The position numbers were made by a program, and so were the translations under genes. DNA of 64,000 nucleotides from Hamiltosporidium tvaerminnensis FI-OER-3-3 (lineage: Eukaryota > Fungi > Microsporidia), in contig CM061250.1 of NCBI GenBank assembly GCA_022605425.2, positions 434,001 to 498,000 of the forward strand, given 5' to 3'. The notes beneath the pieces were generated by a model that was given only the letters and a program-made list of their open reading frames with translations, was not told the origin of the DNA and ran no database searches. Of this stretch, positions 1 to 13,589 are shown piece after piece (the stretch's first letter is position 1; every line of letters begins with the position of its first letter).

Positions 1-909
1 AGAAATTTTGAGAATAAGATTAGCAATATCAATTGAGTCTCTAAAACATTCATCAATATGTTGCTTTTTTTTCTCGAATAAGGACAATGTCGAGCTTTTG
101 GGAATAAAACATGCATCAATCGAGTTGATCAAGGTACAGAAAAAATACATGAAGGGCCTAATTCTATGTTTCTCATCAAAAAGATTTTCTCTGTAATGCG
201 CGGAATCTTCAAAAATTCTAACAGAGACTTTTTCCAACAGACACTCTCTGTATAAATGAGAATAAAATTGGTTCAGATATTCACTGCTAATCGGGTCTAG
301 AACATCTAAAATTTTTAGAAACCTATAGAAATTTTCATATGTAAGATTTTGACGAGGTGTACCGGAATCGAAAGTTAGATGTTTAACAAAAATTTGAAAT
401 TCTTGATAACTAACATTCAAAGAGTACTCGAATAAAAATGGATATTCTTCTAACTGCATATATACAAATCTATTTAATGAACGAAATTTTATTTTCCAGT
501 TTTCTTTATAGTTCACTTCAAAAGAATGCAATGGCTGATGGTTTTGAGATGATCTTTCCAGCGAACAAGCAAAATCTGTGATACTTAAGCCACGGCATTT
601 AATAACATGATTTCCGGGACAAAATGTAAAAGTTTCTTCCTCATTTGAACGTGATAACCAATATTTAATTTTTTTAATCTCAACTTTATCAATATCTTCT
701 TTCCAATTTAAATCTATAAGTGCAAACGTTATTTTTCCATCTTTTGATTCACTCGTACAAATTACAAACTGCCAAAATCCAAGACATATAAACAATAAAA
801 ATTTGACCCAATATAAAATTATCCAGTTTGAATTTGTCATATTTATACTATTGTTTAGGTTAGTCTCAGATCTAGTAATTTTTTGGATCGAAATAAATAA
901 AAAATACAT
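1..909 (-). CDS. Hypothetical protein with N-terminal hydrophobic signal/anchor, 3'-partial (runs off window)
   Basis: Manually translated stop-free frame from ATG at 909 (alt. ATG 840) to position 1: MYFLFISIQK...MTNSNWIILYWVKFLLFICLGFWQFVICTSESKDGKITFALIDLNWK...YENFYRFLKILDVLDP...; absent from the ORF track, presumably because no stop lies in the window. Confidence 0.8.
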   Translation of the reverse strand, partial: MYFLFISIQKITRSETNLNNSINMTNSNWIILYWVKFLLFICLGFWQFVICTSESKDGKITFALIDLNWKEDIDKVEIKKIKYWLSRSNEEETFTFCPGNHVIKCRGLSITDFACSLERSSQNHQPLHSFEVNYKENWKIKFRSLNRFVYMQLEEYPFLFEYSLNVSYQEFQIFVKHLTFDSGTPRQNLTYENFYRFLKILDVLDPISSEYLNQFYSHLYRECLLEKVSVRIFEDSAHYRENLFDEKHRIRPFMYFFCTLINSIDACFIPKSSTLSLFEKKKQHIDECFRDSIDIANLILKIS

Positions 910-2639
910 GGAGAAGAATTTCTATTACATTAAATATTTTTTTTCTTTTTATCTTATAATCAAAACTAAGAATTAACTGATAAAAATATTTTTAGGAACT
1001 AATATAAATAATGTTCGTAATAGTTCTGTCAAGAAAATTCTAGGCTTTTTATAAATATTTGATTAATATTAAAAAGATCAATATTTTACATTTATATTTT
1101 TTCATTTTTTATAAATTATTTTCTTCATAAAAACTCCCCGGATTTGTTTAAATTTCTCTAAAATTTAGAGTTTATTATAGAAAATTATCAAATAAGTTTT
1201 AAGATTGGTATTTTCTGTAATAAACTTACTATACCTCATTTAATAACAAAGCCGTTTTTCTGAGATTATAAATGAGGTTAATTTTAATACATAATCTAAG
1301 TTTTCTATTACAAAATTTGAATTTATTAAATATTTTTTACTTCGTAATACATGGTTTAAACGATATTGTAGCTAGCTAACGATCAACAAGTTAAATATGA
1401 TGTGTCAGCTATAAAAGCACAAATTTCGCGAACTTTGTTCTAATATAATATTTACACCACTTAGATTATTCTACATTAAAGGTGAACACAGCTTTAAGCT
1501 GCTGCGAAAAATATATTAAATATTTTAGGAAATTTTATCTAGAATGTATGTACAAATATGTTTAAAATGAATTTATGTATCATTGGGCTTAAAAGAACCA
1601 GGATAAATATTGTATCCCAAGAATTACAACAATAGTGGCCAAAGCTTTTAGCCCGAGAGTGATACTATTCTATAAAAGGTCTCGAGGACTAAAAACCAAA
1701 TATATTTTATACGAAAAAACGTGAAAAAAAGCTTACTTCAATGTTTATTAATGATATTTTTTGATAAAATGTTTTGAGTTTAATACAGACGACATACAAA
1801 AAAATAATAATATTTATTTTAGATAAATTTTTACAATAACTATTTCAAAATCAAATTAATAATCTTGAATAAAAAGTAAAAAATAAATAGATGATGAATT
1901 ATAATGTAAAAAAAACTCTAAATCGAAAAGTGGCGATTCAAAAATCTTATCATTTCATCAGACACACATAATGCACTTCAGTTTCAAAGATTATTTTTTA
2001 TTTTTACAGTTGATATTTACACTCAGATCCCAAACCTTCGGCTCATACATCTTCGTTTTAGTCTTATATTATTGTATTGTATTAAACATGATTATGACTC
2101 ATGTCGTTAGATTAGCCAGCATCGAATTTTCATTGTCCCGAGAAAATCAGATAAAACTTTATTTAGTGAACATTTTACAATATGAACCGAATTTCTGCAG
2201 TACAAAAATGTGTTGACCCTAAGATCGATTAAAAATATCTTCGACACAGCGTCTTGCTCCTGGCCTTCAGTAAGAGAGTCGGGAGTTTTTAAAAATACAT
2301 CAGTCTATCAAGGGGTTATAAGCATAAAATGTCTTCAAATGATAAACAAAATAACAATTAAGTCTTTGGAATCTTTTTAGTTAATTTTTATTTTTACTTT
2401 GCTATCAATATGTTAGGTGCTGTAAAAAAAATCAAGGCAACATATGTTTTCTCATTCTTGAATTAAAAATGAAAGTTATTATCTTTATAACCTTTAAATA
2501 TTTTTTTAGTGCAATTAGCTGCGGTAAATAAACTTATTAATTTTATTTTTTTTTGATTATGAATTTCGTGTGGTGTTTTTTTGTGTTTTTCATGTTGAAA
2601 AAAGTATGAATAACAGACAAAAAATGAAAGAAATATAGT

Positions 2640-4500
2640 GTATACAAACGTTCAAAGGGCTATGAGGAAGTCTTTACCTTTTTGTTGACTCAAGTCATAT
2701 TGTCATAGGTTTGTTTACAAAGAAAACATATCATTCTTGAACAATACGATATAAAAAGTCCCACTGAGACGCAAAATTCTGAATAACACACAATTCATGG
2801 AAGTAACGGGATGGAAAATCAAAAGCTTTGAAACGCAAATCTGAATCTCAACAATCGTTCTTTAAGAAAGTAAATGATGATCAAGTAAAAGCAAACAGAG
2901 CTGATTTTCATAAAGCATATTTATTATCAAAACTTTATAAATCTTTTCGGAAGCAAAAAAATCGCGTTTACCACTTAGGCAGTATTAGAAATGTAACCAG
3001 AAAAATCTATACATTTAAAAACACCAATTTGGCCGGCAACACAATTACAAGAAGAGTAGACCACATCGTGAAAATAGTGTTATTCAATTTTCTAAAAACG
3101 ACACATAGATGCTATTCTTAGGTTTTAAATGACTTAGCAGTTATTTCAGATATAGTTGAAGTTTTTCTTTTTATTGGAGAAGTCAACGATATTATGAAAT
3201 ATATAGGAAGATTTTGATGTTTTGGGCATTTACATCACGGCCACGAACTATATATTTCTATTGAAGTCGAAAAATTTGAAATATATTACAACTGATGGCT
3301 AGAACATATGAAGTATGATAATAATTTTTTTCGGAAAAATATATGGGAGACTGAAAACGTCGTTTCTCTTGTATCTAATACAGTAAAATAGACAATGATT
3401 CAAAATCAAGAAAATAAAGTGTGTTTTTCCTCAACAGTAATTGTGTAATAAAATACTTGTACATACTGGAAACCGTAAAACCAGACAAACATCTGTTAAA
3501 TATATCTAATCGCATGAATTAAATACCCGTAAATTCCGTTCATTTATTAGTAAAATTAAGAAAAATATTTAACATATTTTAACAAAATTTGCTATTTTTC
3601 AAACATAGCACAATAATCGAAATATTTTTAAAACAAAATGATAATCTAATTCGTGTTTTAAAAAGTAATGAATAGCTAAGAAGTTGTCTTTTCATATAAA
3701 TTTAACCGAATGTATGAAGTATCGCTATATAATCACATGGAAAAGATCGGATGCTTCCAAAATTTTACACTCATATAAAAACATTTTATCAAAAGAAATA
3801 GAGACGTTGCAGCCTAAATCAAAAAAGCATTTTGATTATTTCAATTTGTGCACAATATTTAGTAAACAAACAGAGATAAAATTGCCTATAAAATTTGCAC
3901 ATAAACTTTAGATAATTTAAGAATGTTTTGTTCTTGTTTTACTTATTTAGCTTTATCGAAAACTATATGATGTGGAGGGAATATAACCACGCTAAAAACT
4001 TTCTGTTTTCAATTTATGCGTACAATTCGTATTGAAATCATTGCTGCCATTGCGATGGGATATAAACCACACCTGATCTATAAGCCAATCCTCTATAATC
4101 CCGAGTTAAAACTGCTTAGAGGAAATAAACAAAACATCCATTTGTTCATCCTCAACACCGAGAGATAAAAAAGGAATGGACTAAGTAAGCAAATAAGCAA
4201 ACGATATTAAAATTTTTCATAATATTTCCGCTGCTGATATCGGAAAACATAATTAGAAACATCAATCAGAGGCAATAGATATTTTCTGCTGTGATATTTC
4301 AAAAAAAATTAAAATAGGCATGGCTGGATTTAATATTGGTCTCTAAGCCACGAAAGCAATTTCATTACTAAATTTGCTCGAAGTTTATTTCTGTTTTAGG
4401 CTCTAACTATCTGTAAAGATACATTCTCAAAAATGAAAGGAAGCAAATTTACAGATCTTGATTTTAGATAATGCGATTGCAGTCGTTTTTCAATAGTTTA
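2640..4500 (+). pseudogene. Decayed hAT (Buster/SPIN, GTF2IRD2-like) transposase
   Basis: ORF 2828-3121 (SQQSFFKK...AYLLSK, FKNTNLAGNTITRRVDHI) resembles the SPIN/GTF2IRD2 SQQxFF and ISLSRNTVxRRI motifs. ~4390-4440 reads like the hAT dimerisation motif (FISVLGSNYL..TFSKMK vs FGSTYLCEQxFSxM). Many stops and frameshifts; boundaries approximate. Confidence 0.65.
3972..4200 (+). mobile_element. Family B SINE-like element (shares 5' head with family A), inserted in the hAT remnant
   Basis: Starts GTGGAGGGAATATAACCACGCTAAAAACTTTCTG like family A; after ~110 bp the body aligns with 36704-36927 instead; 3' end uncertain. Confidence 0.7.
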
Positions 4501-5404
4501 TGTTGAGAAATTAATCTACTATTTCAAGTAAATTATTAGGTAGTATTCGCGCGTACTATCATTTTTTTGACAATAAAGCATGATACAATTTTTTTCTATT
4601 TCATTTTGTTATTTCAGTATATAACAATAAAACATATGTTTGGTTGTTCAAAAATATGTTGAAGACATATCGTTTTTCCTTTCTTTATATTAAAAATTAT
4701 AATCAGAATTACCTGCTAGGTAATATTTTTTGCAAACTCTAATTACCCTATTTTAGTTTATTCTGTCATTGAAAAAAAATCTACTCTGTAAAAAAAAATC
4801 GAGACAGGCAGATTTCGCCCAAGCGATGATTTTTATGACGATGTGGTTTTTTTTATCGATTTACTGATTTGTAGTCTATATAAACTCGTATATTACAAGT
4901 TTCTGTAAAATTTCGTCTATTGATCTTCAATATTATCTCACATCTACATCTTGGATCAGGCCCCGTCTGGGAAGCGCTTTGCAAAATCGTTTAATCTATG
5001 TTATAGGTTGATTTTTTGACGGAATTTGCTTATTCACTTTATTAGTGTTTCTATCCTCGCATTTTGAGAATGATAGAAACTACATTCTTTCTGGTAAGTA
5101 CTACAAATCCTATATTTAAAGTTTCTGAAAAAAACCAGAAATCTTTCTAAAATATCCCAAAGTATACAAAAGCAAGCTATTCTATGGACTTTCGAGTAAA
5201 ATTAGGGGAAAATTATTACACGCGCGATTTTCAAACAAAATGATCTATATAAAAAATTTTTTGTCACGCACTTTCTAGGTCAAAGCAGTTTTACGACGCT
5301 TTTTGATATTTATATACTGTAAAATTAACATTTTGGCATACAAACGAGTTCAAATCTGTTTGCATTTATTAGTTCTAGGACTAATATTTTAATCGTTTAA
5401 GATA

Positions 5405-5495
5405 GATTTAGCCTCAACACCGAGAGGTACAATAGAACTGGAATAAGTGTGTAGATAAAGTTAGATATAAAAAAGTCTCGCGATAAAACTTCTGT
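5405..5495 (+). repeat. Fragment of family B body
   Basis: GCCTCAACACCGAGAGGTAC...GGAATAAGT matches 4150-4190 and 36883-36920. Confidence 0.5.
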
Positions 5496-5874
5496 ATTAT
5501 ACCGTAACTCATTATACGTGTAGCTTTTTTGCGAAATTTTATGTATTTTATTGTTTTTAACATCGGAAACTTTTTTTATACATTAGATGAATATTTAAGC
5601 TTCATATCATATTAAATATTAGAATCCTAAGATTGAAATAAGGCCAACTAAATAAAATACCTTATCAGAATTTAATAAAAAAAATATTTTTTGAAAATAA
5701 ATTTTCACAACCGATTTTTTATGAAAAATATAATTTTTATATCATTTATAGTTGATAAAGTACAACAAACTTTTTTTTATGGGATAATATACTGTAAATT
5801 AAAATATCATTTTTAATTATTATATCTACAATGTAATTTAAGAAATTAAAAATTCACAACTTTTTATATTTTAC

Positions 5875-6391
5875 ATGGGTTCAAATAGAAATTCCGAAAT
5901 TTTAGATTTACAGAATAAAGAAGAAGGAAGCATATTCGAAATAAATGGCTCTAATTGTATTGAAAACGTGAATAAGTATAAAGAACCATATATTATCGAT
6001 ATACAAAGTGGAATATTGGTAAAACAAATTGACCTTCTCGAAATAAAAACTCCATATTTTTTAAAAAATATTAATGAAAACATATTTCCTAAAGAAAATG
6101 AAAGTCAAAAAAGAAACTTCCATGATTTTAGAAATAGAAAACCATCAATCTGATAAGAAAGAAGAAATTGCAAAAGATAATCCATATAAAGGACATTCAC
6201 AAGGTGCGAATGTAAATATAACTCAATATTATGTAAGACAATCTACAAATTGCTATTCGTCATTTATATATTGGTTTATACTGTTTTATATCTTTGTTAT
6301 AGCTTTTCTAATGTTTTATTTATTTTACAGTCTCATTCAAGATTTCTCTTACTCACCTTTAGTTTATAACGATTATGTGGATGGATATTGA
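5875..6391 (+). CDS. Possible frameshifted small protein with C-terminal transmembrane segment
   Basis: Two overlapping + ORFs (5875-6153, 6074-6391) meet near a T6A6 run at ~6057-6068; the second ends in a hydrophobic stretch (FIYWFILFYIFVIAFLMFYLFY) followed by AATAAA at ~6420. Confidence 0.4.
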
Positions 6392-6666
6392 TTTTTATTC
6401 CGTTAAAAAAAATATTTTCAATAAAATCGTAATTCTTTAATATATTGAATCGATTTTGTTTCTTATCTTTTAATAAAGTGAAAAAAAAGCTAAATTTCTT
6501 AATTTTTAATTGATTTGAACGTTAATTTAAAAATGTAAATATCTTCTTTGTACAAAACTGATATTCCAACAATTATATTTTGTGTAATTTTGATAAATTT
6601 CATAACGGAAATTGTATATATAAGAAGAAAAATTCCTTTATACTAAATATATTTCTAGCTTAAAAA

Positions 6667-7394
6667 GTGGAGGGAGGATAACCACATAAAAAACTTTCTG
6701 CTTGGCAATGAGTGTGTGAAACTGGTGTGAGATCATTGTTTAGATTTTTGGTGGGAATAAAACCACACTAAATCTTCGGTTGTTCCATGAGAGTTATTAT
6801 GAGGAGGAGAGGTCTACGAAATGGCGAAACTTTTTCTACAAATTCATTTGTAGTTTTTTATGTAACCAGATTACAGATCGCAGCTGAACATGTAGGTAAT
6901 TGCCATGTAAAAACATGGAAACCTAGCCTTGCTCACTCGGGTTAGAAGACTTAGTTCCTGGGAGATATAAAACAAAAAAACCATTTAAAGCCGGGAGAGC
7001 TAAGTAGCAGGTTATACCTGTTGGTATGACATTGCACTGTCTAGGTAAACCCCAAGTAAATCTCTGAAATATATCTTAGCTAGAAGTTTATTGGGTTCAG
7101 AAAGTGTAGAGTAAGTGGGAATGCTGCATAGTCTTGGGGGAGCCCAGGGGGGGCTTCGGCCCTCGATCACACTCCATGCAACGGACATTAACGAACTCCG
7201 GGCAACTGCCTCCTCTATTAATTAGGTTCTACACACCTGGTAGATGAAAGGCTTTGAGACGTAGGTATCGCAGGGGTTACCGATGGAGTGTTGGGGTAGC
7301 AGTCATTTATGTTAAACCTAGAACTGCGTTAATGTCATAAAAACAAATATAACACTTGCCACTATTTTAAAAAGATGTGATACTTTTAAATAAA
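6667..7394 (+). mobile_element. Family A ~725-bp non-coding SINE-like element, copy 1
   Basis: GTGGAGGGAGGATAACCACA...GATACTTTTAAATAAA; near-identical to the copies at 37197, 38717 and 49309; only a degenerate flanking duplication (AAATATATTT). Confidence 0.9.
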
Positions 7395-10300
7395 ATATAT
7401 TTAGAAAAAAAACAACGGTTAGATTAATATTTTATGATTTTTGTTGTTTGTAACTTTTGAATTCTACAGATTATATTGAATAGAACAGACATTCGAATTG
7501 AATGTGAAAATTTTCTTGATATTTTCAAAACCAAAATAGCGCCTATTCATATATTTTTACATCTCATTCCAGGAACATACATCTACTATTGGCCTCTATT
7601 TATATATTAAAGTAGCTTAAAAGAAAAGAAAATCTGGTCAATTCTTATATAATTTAGTCATGAATCCCAATTTTTGGAAAAACTTTTAAATTTATCAAGT
7701 TAGATCGATGTTTTCTATCGTATATAAGCTATAATAAGAAAAAATTTATATTGAAAATTAGAAAATTGTTTTTATCAAATGCCCAACGAAAGAAGATTCG
7801 GTTTGATTTTTAGTGCTCTTTATATTTAATTCTGTTATTATACAAGGTATTTTTAACTATGAAAAATACTTGAATTCATTTTTTTTTCAAGATTTGAAAC
7901 ATTTCGTTACCTGTTTAGCATTTATATGAAAAGGCTTGAAAGTATATTTTTCTTTTTCTTTATATATATTGTGATATTTAAAATAATATGTTTTCAAGAG
8001 TTACTTCGGTAATTTCTGCTTTACTAAAATTTCCCGATATATTTTTTTAAATGAAAGCATTTTCTTTGGCCTATGCAATGCCTGATTTAACTGCGATTAT
8101 ATAATGAGTATAAAAATGCGATTTTGGTGGGTTATTCTAATTATACATTATATTGTAAGTAATACAGAGTTTTGTAATTTAAAAATTATCTACAGTACAT
8201 TCACATGTGTTCGGATAAATCAGCTTTAATCAATATAACGGTTGTCGGATATAATTGGCCTGAGAACTATATTTTTTAGATGAATATTGCTCTTTTTTAA
8301 TCTTCTCCAAAATTACATGAAAGAATGCTGTTATAGCTAATCAGATTATAATAAGACTATAGCATGAGTCGACTAAAATCCTTGATTTTAAAATTTTTTA
8401 AAGTTTATTGAAACCCGTATTCAAGACGAACTTTTTGGCCAATATTTTGTGTTTTACGATTTACTTCTTTTAGGCAAAAAAACGAATTTCATAACTTACC
8501 TAGAAGCAGCCGCATTTTTTAGCTCTATATCTTGTTTTTTTGCCTTTTTTTCATAACATATAGATTAAATATATATTGTTCAATCACTTGTGTGACTTGC
8601 CCGATTAGAGTTCGGGCAAGTAGTTTGCTCACATTGTGATTTCCTTGAATACGGGCCAGAAAATTACACAAATGGGGCAAAAAACATTTAAATAAAAAAT
8701 AAGATGGTCTATTTTGACCTATTTTTACAAGAGTTTGACCACAAAGGTGGTCAATAATTTCTTTTGAACATCCAAATTCTATTAAAATTTTAAAAGTATT
8801 ACAAAATGTACTCATAGTTGCTTTCTAAGATCAGTTTGCTGAAATATAATACCGTTTGCTTTAAGTTTATTAGAGAAATGATTTTCTTAATTTTATAATT
8901 AATCTTAATTGGAATTTCCTGTATAAAAGAATTATCATTCAGCCAAGTATAACTTTCATGTAATAACCTTTTTGTTTTTGCAAATATTCATTATGATTGA
9001 ATAGAAAGTATAGTTTTATTCGTTTACGTTGTCCTTAATTCTTCAACATCAAACAAAAAATAAAAAGGATAAAACCATTGTCTAGGGTATTAATTCATTA
9101 ATTTCATATCGAAGTCGTATCTATGGAAAAGTGAAATAGCGAGTATTAAAAATTTTTATTTCTTTTCTAAAATAGAACTTATAAACATTCTAATTCAGCT
9201 TAAAATAAAAATAAATTTCTGTTTATAATCCCATCCAATTGAAAACTTTGAGAATTTTTTCTTGGCAACTTATAGGCATGTCTATATAAAAACTATATTC
9301 TTTTTTTAATTTTTTTGGTTTTGAAATACTTCATAGATATCTTAATCTCTAAGATGATCAAACACAATAAAAATGAACGTCTGGGTATTTCTTCATACAA
9401 CATTTAGACTTTTTGAAAAATATAACCAGAAAAATGACTAAAATCATTAATTGAAATTTTAATCAAAAAATCGCGGTGCATATAGTAAAGAAAAACTTGA
9501 ATCGAATCGTTAAATTTTTTTATTTCTGATATGTACGAATTATTGGCTGTTTTGATAAATTATATCCTGAAATTTTGCAATTTCGAAACCTTAAAGCTAC
9601 CGATGGGTTCTATAAATCATCTGTTTATTAATCCGCTCATGTGCCAAACCCGTTACATATATGTAAATATAAACCAATCAATGCTTTACATGTTGATGTT
9701 CTGAAATTTATTGCTAACTTGACTATCATAATCGAGTCACTAAACTAATTAAGTAGATACAAATATATTGTGTTCGAATTTTATTCGTATCTTTTTGGTT
9801 ACGATGGCTTTTCTTTTATTAGACTGAAGAGATTCTGACACATCTGAAGATTTGGGTTATTTAAAGCATATGCATTATTTTTTTCAATCCTATAAATAGT
9901 ACACAAATTAACGAAGGTGGGCGGCCAGAATGAGCAAGATCGAACTATTTTGCCATTAAAAATTGATTATTTTCTATTATACACTATTTCTCGAGTAATC
10001 TCATATTCTCGAAATGCTACATCAGAGCAATTACATCATTAATTCTTAAAAATAAATTCATTAGTAAAATTTTAATATATTATTATGTTTTTATATTTGA
10101 TTTCCCTTTTCCCTGATACCTCTGTATATCTAATTTGTATCGCACCTAAAAATGAACAATGAAATGTTTAGAAGCAAATATTTACACTTAGACCATTCTA
10201 TATGTTTTCTTGCTATCATTTTTTTAAATAAGTCTAGATAAGTTGTGTATCTTTTCATTTTTTATGTAAAATCAAGCAGAGGCTTTATAAAATAGCCTTT

Positions 10301-12353
10301 CTCTGTGATCTTCATACCAAATTAAAAAATTCTGCCTTAGAATTTACGAAATCTTAAGATTTTTTTGTTACAGTATGTGTATCACAACTAGTTTGGAACC
10401 ATTGAGATTCAAATTAAAGGATTTTTCTCACAAAAATAAGCTAAAAACATGGAATTCATGTTTATTCAGCGCTTTTAAATTGACCGAGAATTTTTTTCTA
10501 CGAGTTTCGTTTGACTTATATTTTTTTAATTTAATATTTTAAATGAATTCGACAATTCTTAAACAAAAAGACAGGTTTATGTTGCGTCTTGACATTTTCT
10601 TATATGTTTTGCATTTATTTTTGCCAATAATTCATAAAATAAAAAAAATTTATATTTCTTAGTTTCATTTTAAAATCTGGGCGAAAACCTAGAAATAATT
10701 TTTTTTTAAATAAAACAGCACTTATACACTTTTTTAAATATATGTACTTATCGTGTTTGACATGTATAAATAGCAAGTATAAATGTAAACTTCAATTGCA
10801 AATAATGATACAAAATGAGCATATTTTTATAGACATTATACTTTCGGGCGTAGAAATCATTCAAATCAACTACAATCATAAAGATCGCTCGGATTTTTGA
10901 AATTTCGCAGTAAAATTAGTTAATATTTGATTCAAGTATATATCAAAACAACAAACAACTTCCTTTCGTTTTTTGGTTTTTCTTTACTGATTTCGGTGAA
11001 ATAGAATGATTTTTAATATAGTTTTTCTATTGTAAATAAGAACTTTGATCTAAACTTGATTAATAAAACCAAATGAAACCCAATCCACAAATAAATAAAG
11101 TTGTGGTTTTTAATGTTATTCAACTGTAAATCTATTTTATAACTTCGAAAGGATATTCTCTCTTCTTATAAAATATCTAACTTCCTGTAAAAATGTACAT
11201 TAAATTACTTTCAAGTTGAAAAATTTTTTTTTAGCTAAATGTAAATGCAGTAATTAACACATTTATATCAATGGTCGTACTAAGAAGACTGGTAAAACTT
11301 CGAAAATCGGATTTGATTGCATGTTAAATTATATATAATTATTAAGTTTCGGGTTGATATTGAAGGCAACCTACGCATTCAAACATCTACTTCAAGATTC
11401 AATGTGGCAACGCTTTAATTATTCGTAATTTGCATTTATATTTAAAGAAAGAATCGATCTCTGAAAAATTCTAATCAGAATAAAGTTATTCCTTCAATTT
11501 GAAGTATATGATGAGGTATATTCTATTGTTTTCGAATGAAAGTGTAATTAAAGCCATAGTTAGAATTCTAAATGTTTTAAAGAAACATGTTGGGATATCC
11601 TATGAGGCAAAAAAACGGGACATCTTTGGTTTCCCGATATTTCACATGTTCAATATATTATAGTATCGAACAAATATTATTTGGCACCTTGAAATTTAAT
11701 TACATATTAAATTGTAGAAATACTGGGAGTGATTGTATATATTTATAAATATGATGAATAGAATATATTAAATGACACGTAAAGAAAAAAAATGAGATAA
11801 AAATGCACCAGATAAGCACATCATAGATCATCTCAATATTAAGTAGAAATTTTACAGATCAGAAATTATTTTGCAAGTAAAAGCATACCTGTTAATATAA
11901 TATGTTTTTCCTTCGTTTCAAAATCAAACTATATATCATTCTTCTTGCAATAAAAAGATATCTATAAATACCTGATATAAATTATTTATAAATTTATAGG
12001 CAGTTTATATAAATTTTATCTTTTACCTGCTTTTTATGAAATTAATTTGCCAAAATCGAATTAAAAATAAAATCAAACTTAAAGACATTTGAAAGTTAAA
12101 TATATCTTAATCATTAGTTTCAATTTAATAATCTATTAAAACATTTGGTTTTAACTTTCTAAATTTTAATAATTAACAATATTTTTTCTCTATAAATAAT
12201 TTGTTTTGAAACATTTTTATTGATTTGTTTTCTTTATTATTCTCGAATTCTATTTTTATTTATAAGATCAAAATTTCTCTACAAAATATAAAACCAAGTT
12301 TCAGTTTTTAATATTTAAAAATTAAAAAACCGTCACAAAAATAGAAATAAAAA

Positions 12354-13589
12354 ATGAAAATGCTTACACAAAAATTTAAAGAATATTTTACGAAGAACAA
12401 AAAGCGAATACAGCATTCCGAGGTAAAGATAGCTATTGGAAATGAAGGATGCGATTTGGATTCATTTGTTAGTTCTTTGGTTGTTGGTTATGCAGAAGAT
12501 ATAATACATGTGGTTAATATGAAAAAGGAAGTATTTAAATGTAAAGGTGAATTAATGTGGGTAATTGATAAATTTAAAATTGATATTGAAGATTTAATAT
12601 TTTTGGAACGACCACTTGGCAATTTCAAGGAGCATATAAGGAAAGCAGGTACTTCATTTGTTGTAGGTGATAAATCATATCGAATTACAGATAAAAATAT
12701 TACTTTGGTTTTGACAGATCATAATAAACCTATTGAGGAATTGAATGAAGCTAATGTTGAAATGATAATCGATCATCATAGATTAGAAGACAAAGTCTCT
12801 GAAGCCAAACGTATTTATATTGATACTGATGTTGGCTCAGCTACTACATTGGTATCTAAATACTTAGGATCTGATTTGGCTAAAAAACATCATTGTGTCA
12901 CTCATCCAGATGGTAAAGATAATATACCGCTATTGGAAGATGAAACTGATCCAGATAAAGATCATGAGACTCTATGTGTTTCTTTAGCTAAGTTGCTGCT
13001 TATTCCTATAATTATCGACACCGGACATCTTAAAAGAAGAACCTCGACCTTCGATTATTTAGAGTATCACCGATTAATGAAAGTAGCAAATCTTAAAAAG
13101 AAAGAAGTTAAAAAGTTTAGAAAAGTAATAAAAAAAGTCAGAAGAAATGATAACGAACAACCAACAAATATAATTTTACAAAAAGATTTTAAAATTTACC
13201 GATCACAAAATTTTACATTTGGATGTTCCACAATAAAATATGATTTCGAAGAATGGGCAGAGAGGGAAAGTAAAGAAGTTAAAGGATTCAATAAAGATAG
13301 AACAGGAATGATTTTGTATCTAGTGCTTGAAAACTTCAGAAGAGAAATCGGTTTGGATTTTCTTTTTGTGGGATGTAAGTTAAAAAAGAAAAGACATTTT
13401 ATTATTGTAGGATTTCCTTATATGTCATTCCTTAAAAAAACCTATGAGTTTGTGGAATTAGAATATAAAGGATTGATATATTATAAAGTACCTGTTAAAT
13501 TGTCGAGAAAAATTCTTATGCCAGATGTAAAAAATTTGGTTGAACGAATCAAACTGACAGAGGGAGATAGTAATTTAAGTAATGAGTAG
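12354..13589 (+). CDS. PPX1: DHH-family exopolyphosphatase (Ppx1/Prune-like)
   Basis: Motifs GNEGCDLDS, LTDHN, IIDHH, DVGSATTLV, IIIDT and a DHHA2-like C-terminus (QKDFK...SRK). Confidence 0.9.
   Translation: MKMLTQKFKEYFTKNKKRIQHSEVKIAIGNEGCDLDSFVSSLVVGYAEDIIHVVNMKKEVFKCKGELMWVIDKFKIDIEDLIFLERPLGNFKEHIRKAGTSFVVGDKSYRITDKNITLVLTDHNKPIEELNEANVEMIIDHHRLEDKVSEAKRIYIDTDVGSATTLVSKYLGSDLAKKHHCVTHPDGKDNIPLLEDETDPDKDHETLCVSLAKLLLIPIIIDTGHLKRRTSTFDYLEYHRLMKVANLKKKEVKKFRKVIKKVRRNDNEQPTNIILQKDFKIYRSQNFTFGCSTIKYDFEEWAERESKEVKGFNKDRTGMILYLVLENFRREIGLDFLFVGCKLKKKRHFIIVGFPYMSFLKKTYEFVELEYKGLIYYKVPVKLSRKILMPDVKNLVERIKLTEGDSNLSNE

Noticed and set aside
1646-1694. Imperfect inverted repeat TTTTAGCCCGAGA...TCTCGAGGACTAAAA
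   Set aside because: Single occurrence with no TSD or associated element evident
6667-7394. rRNA, group I intron, hammerhead or tRNA-derived head within family A
   Set aside because: No extended rRNA conserved blocks; AAGACT/AGTCTT alone is insufficient for a P7; only CTGATGG rather than CTGATGA plus GAAA; A/B boxes unconvincing; the GGGAGGAT match to tRNA-Ala is only 8 nt
8525-8815. 96-aa ORF
   Set aside because: No CCC motif or recognisable domain; probably decayed element sequence
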